This document shows, piece by piece, positions 38,050 through 50,731 of a stretch of 64,000 bases of DNA. The DNA is from Yuukianura sp. NJ FZ-2021 (lineage: Eukaryota): NCBI GenBank assembly GCA_046563655.1, contig CM102287.1, forward strand, positions 3,410,001-3,474,000. The letters run 5' to 3'. Position 1 is the stretch's first letter. Every line of letters starts with the position of its first letter. Position numbers and translations under genes: made by a program. The notes below the pieces were generated by a model that was not told the DNA's origin, made no database searches, and saw only the letters and a program-made list of their open reading frames with translations.

Positions 38050-38984
38050 CGTTTTAGCTCAAATTTCCACTTCAAATGAAAATTCGTTTCGGAAAATGAT
38101 TTTTGTTGTGTGCAGAAGAAGCTCAATTGTTCCAAATTTGGCACAAATTGGGATTATCCTTGTGTCCAATTCCACTTTTGCTCCAGAACTCTCAAGAATC
38201 TGTTAGAAGAGAGAAGAAAATTGCAAAAGTTAACTAACCACAATTAACTTAAACTTGGTAAGCAGATCTGCGAAGTTTGAAGCAACAAGCAACAGAAAAG
38301 TTACGAAAATTTAGCACTTGACCTTGAAAATTTTTAAAACAAGGTTTTTAAAAAAGTGTTTAGTATGAGGTTAACGTCAAACACTTTTTTCAAAACCATT
38401 TCAGTCGAAATAAGGACTTAAATTTTAGTTTTCGCCATCATGTTTGACGCAAACTTTGGTAAAGCAATAAAATCGAAACGAAGAATTCGCGAGGTGCTTT
38501 CTCCTCCTTGTTTTGTTTGTGTTTGACCAATAATTTTGAAAAACAAATTTGATAAAAACAATTTGGAATTTATTTATAGAAAGAGCAAAGACATCGGGAA
38601 ATATTGGCAGAGAAATGCCAATACCTTTTGACTTTGAAAAGTGAAAGACGTAGAGACAAGAAATAGTTTTGTTTTGCAAAATGTTGCTAAGCAACGGCTC
38701 AATTTCCTTTTGCATTAGAAATGAAACCGTAAGCCGTTTGAATAAATTAGTTGACCTTCCTTGTACTTCACATTCAACATTGAACTCAGTAGTTCATTTC
38801 AGGAAGTACCACAAAAGAACAACGTTGCGTGACAAAATAACTGCCGACATTGCATTTCATTTTCATCGTGTCCACAAACCACTTTCAGGTGACCACTTAA
38901 AACTAAAACTGAAGGGGACATGAAACGTGTTTTTAGAACAACAAAAAACATCCCAACTTTGTCCAAAAAGTTAAAAAAAATTCA

Positions 38985-39165
38985 GTGAAAAGGCTACTAG
39001 TGTGAAAATTTCACTGAGAAATCTGCAAAGTTTCACTGAAAGAGCTGCAAAAGTGAAAATTTCACTGGAAAGGCTACCAAAGTGAAAATCTCACTGAGAA
39101 ATCTGCTAAAGTGAAAATTCCACTGAAAGAGCTACAAAACTGAAAATTTCACTGAAAAATCTGCA
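38985..39165 (+). repeat. ~29-bp tandem repeat with an internal near-palindrome GTGAAAATTTCAC
   Basis: Six to seven degenerate units (AAGTGAAAATTTCACTGAAAAGGCTAC-like). Confidence 0.85.
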
Positions 39166-41430
39166 GAATGTTGAAGTGAGGTCACCTGGAGGTCATTGAC
39201 CTCGCTAAATTCGCCAGCAGTGAATGACCTTTGAGCGATTGATCTGCCTTGATGACTTTGTCACCTTTCCATTTCTATTTTTAGTGGTAGAGTCATTAGG
39301 CCTATTTTGAAATTCCCCGGAGGATCATTAGACTAGGTGTGATCATTTGTGGTTTTCTGTTACTTTTGTTAGGTTATAGACTCCTTCCAGGAAGTTAGAT
39401 ACGATTGCACTGGACTAAAAGAGTTGTGGAATTCCAGCTACAAGGGAGTTGTAAGTAGACGGAGCTTATCGACCAGGAGGCTGCTTCTGGATAGACACAA
39501 ATCGCTTTCACTTCCGCGCTTTCTCCAATCCACTTTCACCAGCTTCTATTCTTTAACCTTTTGTGGAACTCAAACTACAAGGATTAGTTACTCCCTCCAG
39601 TCTAACATCAAATCTAAAATTATGTTCAGACAGAAGTATTTTTTTAAAAAATACTTAGTTTTTTGAAGTCATTTTACTAAAAAATATGATTTGTTTTAAA
39701 AATTTCATTTCAATTTTTTTCATTTTCCACATTTTCAGTTTCACAATTAAACGCCGGACGAAGAAATTCATGATGAAATTGTGAGACCGATTAAGAAATT
39801 CAGATAGCTGGAACCTCCGAATGGCAGATAAACAGTTATTTTAAAAAATAGAAAGCACACCCTATTCGAAATCGAAACATATCTTTTTCAAAATTTTGAA
39901 AAAGCGAGTTGTACATTGGAAAAAAAGCAACAGGCTACTAGAAGTGTATAATTTTGGTTTGCTTAAAGCTCAAAAGAGCCCCTGAATTGCATGTATTAGG
40001 ACGATCGACTTTCTCCGGAAGTGAAAGTCAATTGGATTAGATTACTTGATTATACACACACCCATTTCTCCAAACAATCATGTTTCCAAATCTTAATTTT
40101 ACAAACATCTTGTTCAAACAAATGTTTCTCTAACTTTTTAGAACAGATTTTCAAAAAGAAAATTCAAAAATCTTACCGCCTTTACCGAAATTCGGCAGAT
40201 TTCACTCAATTTCTTCCTCTTTTTGAAATTAAAGCAAAACTACTTCTAGTCTGTTCGGGAAAAGCAGCGGATGTGCTTCTTTTGGTTTTTGATTTCCGAG
40301 TAAACAAATCCACCCAAACAAGTTCCACTTCTGTTCAAAAGTGAGTTTTTGAACAGACACTTTTTAGAAAATTGGACTTTTTAAAACAAAAAGTGGAGAG
40401 TGTAGTGGAGAGGGAGGAGGTAGGAGTAAAACTGGTTTAATAAAAATTCGGACTACTCCGATTTTCGGGCGCTCCCTTCTTCTTCCTCCCCGACTTGACC
40501 CTCGCACAAGCTCCTCAAAACTCAAATGCTGTTTTAAAAAAAGATTTTGAACAGCACAACTCCGCTTGCGCGAACACTGCTCCACCCTGACACTTGAATT
40601 CCCACGGCCACGCATCAACAACCATACAGAACAAGCAGGGACCCTTCGTTTTTCAACGCACTCGACCTCAATTCCTCAAAACTTCTTCAAACGAACAACT
40701 TTTCGAAAAAAAAACTGAAAAAAAAAAAAACTCACTTTTTGTTTTTTTACAAAAAAGTGAAAAACATGCGATCAAACAGTGATTTTACGAAAAAAGTGGA
40801 AAATGTTTGTGAAACTGAAGACTTAAAAATATTATAAGGAATAAGGAAAAACGCAAAAAACACCAAAAATCACTAAAATTTAGTTTTTCTGCGTTTTGTA
40901 TTTGGTTTTATGCGTTGCAAGTATTATTAAACATTTTAGTCAACCTAACGTACTTTTGTAAACAAATTTTACACAAAACCAAAATAAGTTTGAAATTTTC
41001 GAGAACATTAATCAAGTACTGACAGAAACTTCCTGTTCTCGCAAAAATAGATAAAGTTTCTTCTTTTTCAAAAAAGTTTCATAAAACCAGAAGAAATTAA
41101 CCGTTGACAGTTGAAATTGGAAGAGAAAGTAAAAAATTGACTCCTCATAAAACTTACATTTTGATTTTAGGAACAACTGAAGATTTTCGAATATTCAGAA
41201 AAGTTAACTTTTCCTAGATTTCCGACACAAGAGATCACATTAACTTTTTCAAAAGTTGTGCATATACATAACATTTATAACTTTTTTGAGTATTTTAAGT
41301 AACAAGACCTTACCAAACATACAAATTACAAACTTACTAACTTCAAACTGCCTTTCAATTAACTTTAACTTACCTTGTACAATTAAATATGTTTAGTTCT
41401 CTTGCAGTTTAACTTTTTAGTAACTGAGCT

Positions 41431-44400
41431 TCACTTTGAATAATTGAATCTTCCGATTTTTCCTCTCGGCTCTTCATCCTCACTGTCTTCAATCTCCACA
41501 ACTTCCTCCGAATACTTCCGTTTCTTTCCAATTGGTTCACTTTTCGTTTTCTTTTCAACTTCAGTTTTCTGTCCATTCTGATCACTTTTCTTAGCTGACC
41601 GAGTTCTTCCAGCACTGTCAACTCTTGGAGGCAGTCCTGTTTGATCCTTCTTTGGAGTTTTTGCTCTCGGATCAACTTTCGGTAGCCCATTCCGGACAAT
41701 CAAATCTCCAACTTTCGCAGCAATGCCATTTTTGGGCGGAGTTGCATCCAACTTCGGAATTTTGACCAAAATTTGTCGAGTGAGGGCATCATCTTTTTCG
41801 ATTCTGAGTCCACTTCGTTCATTAGCAGCCTCCTTTTCAAGCATTTCAAACAACAAGTTCGTCCGAGCGTGCAGTTCCTCTCGAGTTCTCGATCGCAGAA
41901 ACCAGCCCATCGCTGGATCTTGCCTAAAATTTCAAAAGATCAGGTTAGGTTAGGCTCTAATTTGAAAATTTTGATTGACCTTTGACCTTACCTGATGTTA
42001 GACTGAAGATCCATAAAGACAAAGTTATCCTGTCCACTTTCGTAAATTTTATGCAACTCCCACAAAATATTGCGGTCATGGTGAATTCGAAATCGCGTTC
42101 CCTGCATCTCCGGCGGATCAAAAGTAATCTCCAACTCGTTTTTCGGATCTTTGTACTTTCGGATCTGAAACAACAAATTTCAAAATTTTAAAAAAAGTTA
42201 GATTTGTGGCAATTTGGAATTTTTTGAACAATGAACGAACCTTAGCAGCCAATAACATTTTGCGAGCAATCATAGGCGCCATAAGGTTGGTCAGTCCAGC
42301 ATTTTTGAGCAGTCGTTCTGCTTCACAGATTTCGACACATCGTTTGAGAAACGTTTGGTGATAAGTAACAAGCAGTTCTGGAGCAACCCACATCCCCATT
42401 GCATCCACCAGCACATCCAAGTTTTCTATTCCCAGTGTTTTGATTACTTCAAAGTACTTCTGGAAAACGGCTTTTGTGATTGTGTCAACAAAAGTGCACT
42501 AAGAAATGTCAAAAATCGTTTATTTTTAGTTCATAAATCCAAGCAATCTCTCAATTTTTTTTCAAAAAAACGTTTTTAATCGATGACTTACACTGTTTTT
42601 CAGCGTATCGAATTCCAGCTCTTCCTCCAAGGTCAGTGGCAAACACCTTTTCAGTCTCTTCCGCTCATTCTTGTGAATTTCCACTTGATCTTCATATGAA
42701 AACTCATACAACCGTGGAATCTTGAACAAGAAAAATAAATGTCTAAAAATGAATCCAAATTATGAAAAATATTTCGAAATTTTGAAAGTTGTTAGTACCT
42801 CCACTTCATTCTTGAACTGCCGGAAAGTATCAAGTTGACGATAGTAAAGCTCAACAAACCGAGCTGGACAGAACTGAAAATCATAGATCGCCTTTGGTTT
42901 TCTGACAGCCTGAAAATCAAAAATTTCAAAAAATGGAATAATTTTTCGAAAAATCAAAATTTTTAGAGAACTTCGTATCACGAACTTACTCGTTGTTTTG
43001 GAGCAAGGGGTTTCTGGATTGATGGAGGCGGAGAAACTTCTTCAGTCTTCTTTGCTTTAGTTTTGTACTTCTTCGGTCGATTCGATCGTACTTGGCCAGT
43101 ACTACTGGACTTGTTGCCAGCATCAGTATCTTCTTCCTCTTCTGCATCGATAACTTCGATCAGTTTTGGATCAGGTACATACGATGGATCTTCTACAGTT
43201 TCATCCAATTTTGTTCTGCCACCAAACCTCGGTGAATCTTCATCATCGTTTGCATTGCTGTTCTTCTTCCGACGGCCACTTTGAACAAGAAAATCCTCTT
43301 CGTACTTTTGATTTCTCTTCCGCTCTCGCAAAACCCTGAACAAAAAAAAAAAAGATTTCAAAATAAATTTTGAGATTTTTTTTTCAATTTGAATTCAATT
43401 TTTAGTTTTTCAGAATCCAATGAGTTACCTATAATCCAGTCCCTCAAAATCATGACATTTGCTTGACTGAATGCTGGTGAGATCATAAACTTTTTCGTTG
43501 ATGAGTGGAGCTGGTTCTTCTTCAATTGCCAAATTCCTCAGCGATTCATCCTCCATCGATCCCAGTTTAGCCGTCAAATCATCCGCTCGCACTTTACTTC
43601 TTGCCAGTATTTCATCAATACTTTCGTCAGTCACCGTCGATTCCTTGGAGGCAATGATACTCTCGGCTCCAAATCGAAGGATTTTGAGCATCTCTTGTTT
43701 CGAAGGTGCGTTCGTTCCTCCCTCGACCAACCCACCTAGAAACAATTTTTAAAAAAGTTATTTCAAGTATTTCAAAATCGCTGATTTTAAAATTTTCAGC
43801 GATTAGTGCTTTACCTTGCTGAATAACTTTACGATCCAAATGCAGTTTGACTTCTGCTCGTTCCACAATTTTTTCATCAACGGTGTTCTCTGTGATTAGG
43901 CGAAAAACTCGTACTTGTTTCGTCTGTCCAATTCGATGGCATCGATCCTACAAAGTTACAAATTTTTCGAAAAATTGCACTTTTTCGTTTTTTTTTCCCA
44001 GGTCAAAGGTCAAATGTCTTACCGTTGCCTGAATATCCATTTGTGGATTCCAATCAGAATCGTAGATGATTACGACATCCGCAGAGGCCAAGTTAATTCC
44101 AAGTCCACCAGCACGCGTTGACAAGAGGAAGATGAATTTCTCACTGTCCTTGGCATTGTACCCATCGATGTCCAACTGACGGTCGCTATGTTTTGAACTT
44201 CCATCCAAACGGCAATACTGTTCAAAAATTGAAAAAATTATTTTAAAAAAGTCAATTTTTTGAGTTTTGATTTAATATTTTGTGAAATGTGTGGTCACCT
44301 TGTAGCCTTTCCACCACAGATAATCTTCCAAGATGTTGAGCATAGTAGTAAACTGAGAAAATATGAGGACTCGGGATTTCTCTTCGTGCAACTTCGGCAG

Positions 44401-46548
44401 TAGTTTGTCCAGTACAACCATTTTTCCACAATTGGTAACAATGTGTGAGTCAGTTGTGTAGGGTGGGCCTGGTTCTGCTGTTGGGAACAAATAGGGATGA
44501 TTGCACACTTTTCGTAAGTGCATCATCACACCATCAACTCGCATCTTCACTTCATTTCCTCCACGGAAGATCGTTATGTCATCCAGAAGTACTTTGCGAT
44601 ACCTGAAAGGTTGCAAGCATCAGCATCAGTATCAACATCCTTATCAGCAACATCAGTATCAGTGGCAACAGTATTTTACCATTCCTTCTGCATCTCTGAT
44701 AGACCAACGTAGACCTTGATTTCTTTCTTGGGCAGAAGACTCTTCTCCACATCCGATTTGATTCTGCGCAGTAGAAATGGACGCAAGATGCCATGAAGAC
44801 GATCCACCAGCGACAGATTTCCCAAACAAGTATTTGTGTCAAACCAAGCATCAAAATCCTAAAATCAAAACAAATGTTGATCAAAATACTGCCAATACTA
44901 TGCTAACGATTATAGAAAGCATCTTGTACTTGGTTTAGTTTTACCTCAGCTGAGTTGAACACATCCGGAAGCAGCATGTTCAGCAGAGCCCAGAGTTCGT
45001 GTAAATTGTTTTGCAGTGGAGTGCCAGTAAGAAGCAACCGATTTTTGGACTTGTACTTGCGAATGGTTTCGGAGAATTTCGTTTTCTCGTTCTTGAGACG
45101 ATGACCTTCCTGTGTTATCCAAAAAACAAGAGGCTTAACATAAACTATTCAAATCCATAAAAATTTTTTGTGTAAACAAAAAAAAAACTTACGTCGACGA
45201 TGAGGTAAACCCAATGCATACGTCGCAGAGCTGAGAATTCCAACAAAATGTACTCATAAGTTGTTAGACAAACGTTGAACTTCTTCTTCTTCAACACGCC
45301 CTCAATGATTTCCTCCTGAAAACAGTTTTTGAATGTTCAATTTCAAAATTTTACCAAGAATTTTTGAAAAAACTTTTCCTCTGAGCTCGATTTTTCAAGC
45401 GTCACAACTTATACCCGTGCTTCCTTTGGCCCAATCAGAGTCACTGCTTTGAGCGATGGACACCATTTGTCTATTTCGTTCTTCCAATTGGCAATTGTAG
45501 AAAGTGGGACAATCACCAGATGAGGTCCATGCTCATTTCGATAGTGTTTCAAATACCTAAGGAATCAAAATGCGCAAGTATTAGAATACTGCTGGTGAAA
45601 TGTCCACAATTTTCCACTTGTCTATGTGAGGTCATACCCGAGTAGCGAAATGGTTTGAATTGTTTTTCCGAGTCCCATTTCATCAGCCAAGATTCCGTTG
45701 ATTCCATTTTCGTAGAGTGAAATTAGCCAATTCAAACCGCGAATCTGATAATCCCTTAGCTTCGTGTTGTGAATATATGAAGGACTAGACTCAAATTGTG
45801 GTATATTTCTCGCCTTTTCTTCAAGGCCCAATTCTGCATCACTGAAAATTAACCAAGAAATAAATCGATTAATCTTAACGAATAACAAAACGTATTTTGG
45901 TTTAACAGCTTACTCCTTCCTGGATTGTACAAGCAACTTTTTCAATTGATCCAGTTTCCTCGGTCTCCCTCTCCCAGGACCCTTAGCCTGGTCCTGTCCA
46001 GTGCTAGCCACATAATCAGCAGCCGGTTTCATGAAATGTGAGAAAAAGTCGGTTCGTTGCAGAAGAAATTCCAAACGTTTTGCCCGATCTTTGTTCTGAC
46101 GAAATCGTAAAACAACAAGGTCAAACACAATGGGTAAGGAAATGACAAAATTGTACCGATCGACTTACCAAATCCTTGACGTGGTCTTCCCGACTCCGGG
46201 TGAACTTGAATGAATCATTGGAGCTGGAAGCAGAAGTCCCCTCATCAACATCCGTAACTGCAAGGAATATAAGGAGTTATGAAAATTGTAATTGCTCGTT
46301 GACGTTTACCCAATTACTTTGTACCGTATAGGAAAAATTAACTGACATAACTTACTATTTGAGCTTGGAGGAGTAGGTGACTTCGAAGTCGACGCTGTGC
46401 TGGGGTCGTTGCTCTCATAATCCGAGTCCGAATCAGAAAGGTTAACCAGTTTAGGCACTTTTGAAGAATACTTTGCCAATCGGTTTTCAGCATTCGATGT
46501 CACTGTAGCCACCGGACCCGGCTTTCTAAAGTTGGCTGGCCAACTCAT
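41431..46548 (-). CDS. Divergent ISWI/SMARCA5-like chromatin-remodelling ATPase, ~18 exons
   Basis: [122 protein letters not shown] and WFLRSRT (HAND-SANT-SLIDE remnants). Confidence 0.92.
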
Positions 46549-47935
46549 TTTGTTCTAGATCCAATCCAATCTTCCAGAAGAATCCAGAACACCGAACCTA
46601 CCACAACAAATGAAATCTCAAATTCAAGGCAAAAGTTAGTGGTTTCCATGCGTCATTCAACCTGAAATGTAATAAAACTTACCCAAAAACTATCGAGATG
46701 AAGCGATCAATCAACCAGATCCTGGAGGAGTCGAAATCTAAAGAATATGAAAATTTTCTCTCCTTGTCTTCCGGTTTACTTTTTAACGCAGTGTCGTCCG
46801 TGTCTTCCTCCTTCAACTTTCAACTGAAGACTGCTGGGTTAAAAATAAGTACAGGAACAATGCAGTGACCTTTTTTAAGAACAACCATAAAATCAAACAA
46901 GGAAACGAAACTCTCCCTCCTCGTTGCCTCGCACTTACTTTTCCAATTGCCTTTCTTTTCTTTTTCTTTGATTGATTTACCGCTGTCCCTCTCAGTGCCT
47001 ACCTGCATACGGCAAAGTTTTTCCCGCTTTTTGCATGAATTTAGCGCCGTTCAGTTTTATCTTACCTGTACGATTGACTAATCCACAGAATACGCAGATT
47101 CTTTAGCTTTCTGAATTTGTATATAAATAACAATTTTTTAAAATGTTTTATCTATTCATTACTTTGTTACATAGTTATGTGATTTGATTTTTACAGTTTT
47201 ATCATCGGTTTTGCTTAGAGTTTTCAGAAATTAACTTTACAATAAAATTTTTACAAAAAACGTAAAGTGTTGAAGATGCAAATTACCAATGCATGGCGAA
47301 TGTGTTGGAAATCTAATCATAAATAGCAAAAATCTATTAGCAATTGTGGAACAGTTTTGCAAATGATTTTTTCTTTGTGTGTCAATGACCTCCATGACCT
47401 CTTTTGGTCATAGCTTCTGGAAGACGGCTTAAGGGCTAAGCCTCATTGACACAGACTTTCTCCCGTTCATCCACAAGTCCCCGAATTCCACCGGATGCAG
47501 ATGTATTGAACTCTTTTTTTGTGTTCATTTCAACCGACGACGACTTGACTTCCTTCCGTTTTTCCCTCTCTATCTTCATCCTCGTCCTCATTTCTAAACA
47601 TTATAGCCTACCGAATGCGATGCTTTCAACACAAAAACTGCAGGGAAAGACAGAAGTCGAAAACATACGAGATCTCTCGCATTAATTTCAAAATTTCAGC
47701 TAAATTCTTAATTTGAAAATTATTAAAGAGTACGAACTTAAGGAAACTTTGAACCTCCTCTTTCAGTGAATTAGGTAGGTACATGGAAATTAATCTAACA
47801 TTTTGAGAAAATTGTGAAAAATTTGACATTATGCATTTTTTTGTCTTTGCAGTTTTTCTGGGATTCTGAGGTTTGGGCATGCCGGAATTTCGTGACCTGT
47901 GACCTGGAGGCGTCTTAACAGCGAAGCATGGACGG

Positions 47936-49390
47936 ATGGAAGATCGTCGCTTGATGTCCAACGATGAACGAGCTAATTGCCACCTTCCACCTATCGTCAA
48001 TGCTACAAAAACGTCATCAAATTTTTACTTGGACGAAGATCTCTTTGACAGAGTTTTAGGAATTCCAGCGAAAGTAGAGATTCCGCAGCGATACGTTGCA
48101 GATCCAGAGGAGTTGACTCCAGAAGAGAAACTGTGGAGGTCAAAGAAGGCTGAAGCCATTTGTCGCTTGTTGGCCAAGGCTGGTGGCCCTACTCAATCGC
48201 TGCTCGTTCCCAAAACGTCACCGAATCATACTTCGGCAGGACTCGGAAAACAACCGAGCAGTAGAAGCAGCAGTGGATTTTACAGTGGGGGGACATTGAC
48301 CTTGGGTGCTGGTGCAGGCGGGAGTCGACAGTCGCCCCAAAGTTTACCTGTGAGTCCACTGTTTCAACGGCAGCAAACCAGTCTAAGAAGAACGACACCT
48401 TCTGATTGGTCAATTAATTCACCACGGTTTCAGTAAGTTCAATTAATTAGTTAATTCTAAAACTGAACTTCATTGAAAAGTTTAAGCATTTAACAAGGCG
48501 AATCCCATTTTAACCGTCGCAACGAACAAACTTTAGTGTTAACAAAAAGGCGCGAAATTCAAAAATATTATTTTCTTCCGGCGTTGATTTTATTTTGAAA
48601 AAAAAAAAACCTAACAAAGACCTAACCATTCTGTACTCAATGAGTTTCGGTTTTAATTAGTTGTTCAATTAATTGCAATTTAATTACTTTGTGTTATCAC
48701 TGTTCGAGCTTCTGAATTGCTGAGTGTGAGGTATCGATTTGCTAATTATCTCTAATCAATTTCTCAATTTGAATTTTTGAGAATCAAAACAGCTGAGCGG
48801 ATTATGTTTCTGGATTTTAATCACATTTTTCTTTAAAAAAATTTCAAGGTTAATTAAGTATATGATTGATTATCGACTTATACTTTTTTTTTGTTTTTAG
48901 ATACTCAAATCGTCGCGGAAGTATTCGACGTGGCAGTGTCCACTATCTGGAGGAGCAGTACTTTGAAGACGCTCACGACGGCATAAGGTTAAGAGAAGAA
49001 TCAATCGCTGCTGAAGAAGCAAGACGAAGAACAGGTCAAGGTCATTACAGGCCTTCCTTGTTACAAAGTGCAAGTTGTGAACCTTTTGTAACTGTCGCTC
49101 ATAATACCCGCGGTGAGTCTCCATCAGTTCGTCCTTCATCTTCGGACTCCCAGAGATCACATTCATCAACTCTGTCCAGCTCAACATCTTCGTCTGACCG
49201 AGATCGGGAAGATATTTTTCACCTTCATCATCTCCTGGCCAAAGAAGTGAGTCAACGGAGTCAAGCAATTGCTCGTCGATCGCTAAATCCTTCACCGAAG
49301 AAACAACCTCCACTTTACTACGATCCACCTTCGCCTCCCTTATCCCCCCGACTGCCAATTACTCAACAACGAGAAAACTACTTAACCTGA
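47936..49390 (+). CDS. Orphan, largely low-complexity Ser/Arg/Pro-rich protein (~328 aa); exons 47936-48432, 48901-49390
   Basis: Two long stop-free, GC-richer ORFs joined in frame by a strong GTAAGT...TTTTTAG intron (CA|A = Gln); no recognised domain. Confidence 0.7.
48549..48563. promoter_or_regulatory. E2F/CDE-CHR (DREAM-type) composite GGCGCGAAATTCAAA; candidate internal promoter
   Basis: Exact composite inside intron 48433-48900; a related TTTGAATTTCGCGC is at 58985-58998. Confidence 0.45.
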
Positions 49391-49797
49391 ATGCATCCTG
49401 ACCTCTCACGTCACTTGCATTCCGACGAGTGTAACGCTCTCATTGACGCTCTGCGACAGTGTCACGAACAGGTACGAAAAAAACACCAAAATTTAGAATT
49501 TCCGAACTTATTTTGTAAATTCTTTCAAAAAACATTTTTCAGAACAAGTTCACGCGCATGTTTGGTGCCTGCAATGAGTTCGACACTGCTATGGTCCGTT
49601 GTCTGAAAGCAGAGGTAACTAAAAACACAACTTTTCAAACACTAATCGGTGACTTCTGATGGTTTTTCTTCGTATTTTGATTGTTTTGCTTCTCTTAGCG
49701 CAAGAAACGTCAACGTGCCAATAACGAAAAAGCTGCAGCGAGACACAAAGAGGCTGCAGACCGTACAAAACAAGCCAAAGTTGACGAGACTAAATAA
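49391..49797 (+). CDS. CMC2: COX assembly mitochondrial protein 2 homolog (twin CX9C); exons 49391-49471, 49543-49614, 49699-49797
   Basis: MHPDLSRHLHSDECNALIDALRQCH...FGACNEFDTAMVRCLKAER; twin CX9C and the characteristic MHPDLS.HLH start. Confidence 0.93.
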
Positions 49798-49938
49798 CTC
49801 AACTAATTAGAAACTAACGAAACGCTTTCAGAGTCAACTTTAATAGTCAACAGTCCTTCATAGTCCACTAAAACCTGGAGCTTCAACTTAGGAATTAGTT
49901 TGTCGAACCATCCTTGAACGCGGTGATTGAAATTTATA

Positions 49939-50731
49939 ATGGATGCTGCTGCTGCCTACGTAGAAGCAGCTGATGCCCTTCCTGGATTAAAAGAAGTGTG
50001 TCTTGATCGCCGTCCATTTGTAGATCGCTATTATACCAAAAAATACTTCACCGGTACTACCGGCAGTACAACTTCAGAAGGAAGGACTACTGGCAGCACA
50101 ACTTCAGAAGCAGAAGAAGGAGACTACATGCTGCTGGTTCACTCTAACAAACTTTCAGTACTAACTCTCGCACCGTCTCACCCCATAATCAAGCAAAATC
50201 TAACCGTCACCTCAATTAACTTTCAGGTAAGTTGTAAGTTGCAACTTGCAACTTATGAGTTACTAATTAATTAAAAAGTTAATCTTCATCTTAATTAATC
50301 GACTTTTCTGTTCTGTTTCAGATTTCTAAGAATGTTAACAGATTAGAAAATGTGGCCAAGGGAAAAGGGAAGAAGGGAGCTCAGTTTTTGCAACCATCTG
50401 CTCCAATTTGCACTGTAAGACCAAAGTTTTTCAAAATTTTAAATTTTATGAAAACTAAAACATTGTAGAAACTTCTGACCGTGACTTCTTTTTGAATTTG
50501 TAGATTGAAACGTCTTGCGGAAGGTCATTTGTGGTGAGAGCCGGAATAGTTGCCAAGTTACTGGAAGTGAACGACCGAATTGTACTGGAGCCGGAACTGC
50601 TTAAGAAAGCGGGCACTGGATACTTGGCCATTTTCTCTTGTCGTGCCGCTGATTTTGAGAAGCAAATGAAATCGCTGATGTCGGAAGAAGAGTATTTAGA
50701 GACGCTCAAGAATAGAAGCCAACTACTTTGA
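49939..50731 (+). CDS. ABITRAM: ABITRAM/FAM206A/Simiate-like protein; exons 49939-50226, 50322-50414, 50504-50731
   Basis: FVDRYYTKKY, LVHSNKLSVLTLAPSHP, NRLENVAKGKGKKGAQFL, KLLEVNDRIV.EPELL....GYLAI; AATAAA at ~50795. Confidence 0.88.

Noticed and set aside
48897..49358. 153-aa antisense ORF opposite the orphan's second exon
   Set aside because: No ATG start or recognisable motifs; likely the shadow of the plus-strand coding frame.
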